From: Octopus sinensis
Lineage: Eukaryota
NCBI RefSeq assembly: GCF_006345805.1
Contig: NW_021834631.1
Coordinates: 1 to 46,550, forward strand
DNA: 46,550 nt
Direction of reading: 5' to 3'
Shown: one piece after another, positions 45,573 to 46,550 of the stretch
How the letters are laid out: every line of letters begins with the position of its first letter
How positions within the stretch are numbered: the first letter of the stretch is position 1
Notes under the pieces: model-generated
What the model was told of the DNA's origin: nothing
Seen by the model: only the letters and a program-made list of their open reading frames with translations
Databases searched by the model: none
Made by a program: the position numbers and the translations under genes

Positions 45573-46550
45573 TTTTTATTTCCTTTCCGTGTCATAAAGC
45601 ATATCAGTCCGTTCTTGGAAGATTCCAGTAGTATATATGAGTTGCTTTTTTTTATGAGAAGCAGTTACTAACCCTTCTTCAAGTCTTCACAATTTCCCTT
45701 GAAAAGACGCTGAGACCTGATCTCTACGACCCTTTACAAGGCGCAAGAAGGAGAGAGGGGCGATCGAGAGAGAGAGAAAGAATTTGACTAAAATATTCGA
45801 CTGGTACTTTAGTTATCGAACCACAAGCCATTCTAAGTCTGTTTGGATTATGAAAGAAATATGATCGGTGGCGTCCCATTAATCCGATATATTCATGGCA
45901 GATCTCGGGTAATTTTACGCTCTAAACTTTGCTTAAGCGAGAAAAGTTATATTATTTCAATACAACAACGGATAAAACGAGCGGAGAAAACAAATTTTCT
46001 TAGATACACCTTAATAATTCCTCTACCTTCAAATTGTGATTCGAGTCGCTATATGCATTTTACATGATTGACAAATAAGAACACGTAAAATGATTGTACG
46101 TATCATCTCCGATTTTCAAGACACTAAGAGCGCTTAAACATCTCCCAAGTTTACATTTTCAAACACATGCATATGTCAACTTTACTTTCATTCCCTCTTA
46201 CTTACAGATGTATGTATATTTCTTCAATATACACATATATTTGTACTGTCCACTTTTTATAATTTATATCTAGAGCTCAAAAAGTCACTCTAATTCTTTG
46301 CCCCTCGTCGTTCAACCAATGTCCTTTAGAATATTCTAATAATTTTACTGTAGTCTTATTATATATTAAATTTTACGTCCATTTTTCGAATACCTACGGA
46401 TCGGCAATGAAAGAGTAATGATCCATATTGCATCTGTTTCTGATACGTTATATCACTCTACTGTTGGAATTGAATACTCTCATTTTGTTCCGCCATTTTA
46501 CACTTACAAGTTTACATCAATCTGTCTATCTATCTGTCTATCTATCTATC

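Overview
This 46.5 kb window is eukaryotic, AT-rich and almost entirely non-coding: a large intron or intergenic tract. I infer a coleoid cephalopod, most likely Octopus, from the extreme microsatellite load ((TA)n, (GATA)n, (CA)n, (TACA)n, (AAT)n) and dense tRNA-derived SINEs; I cannot confirm the species. No protein-coding gene, rRNA, tRNA gene or CRISPR array is supported. Nearly all ORFs in the supplied track are microsatellite read-throughs; the only recognisable protein remnants are two LINE fragments, a decayed CR1/L2-group RT 3' end (2112-2727, minus) and a short RTE-clade 3' end with a perfect 10-bp TSD (6960-7137). The rest is about 30 SINE copies or fragments in families I label A, B, D and F (my own labels), one non-autonomous Helitron with intact termini (44217-44594), and several foldback/hairpin elements. 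The most interesting signals are: (1) three, possibly four, decayed minimal type I hammerhead-ribozyme motifs of the kind found in Penelope-like element terminal repeats; (2) young SINE-A1 copies joined twice to nearly the same internal site of older SINE-A copies, suggesting self-targeting; (3) long hairpins at 11432-11599 and 16180-16301; (4) a ~58-bp TSD-like duplication around the CR1/L2 fragment. Boundaries of old repeats are estimated by eye (+/-10-20 bp).
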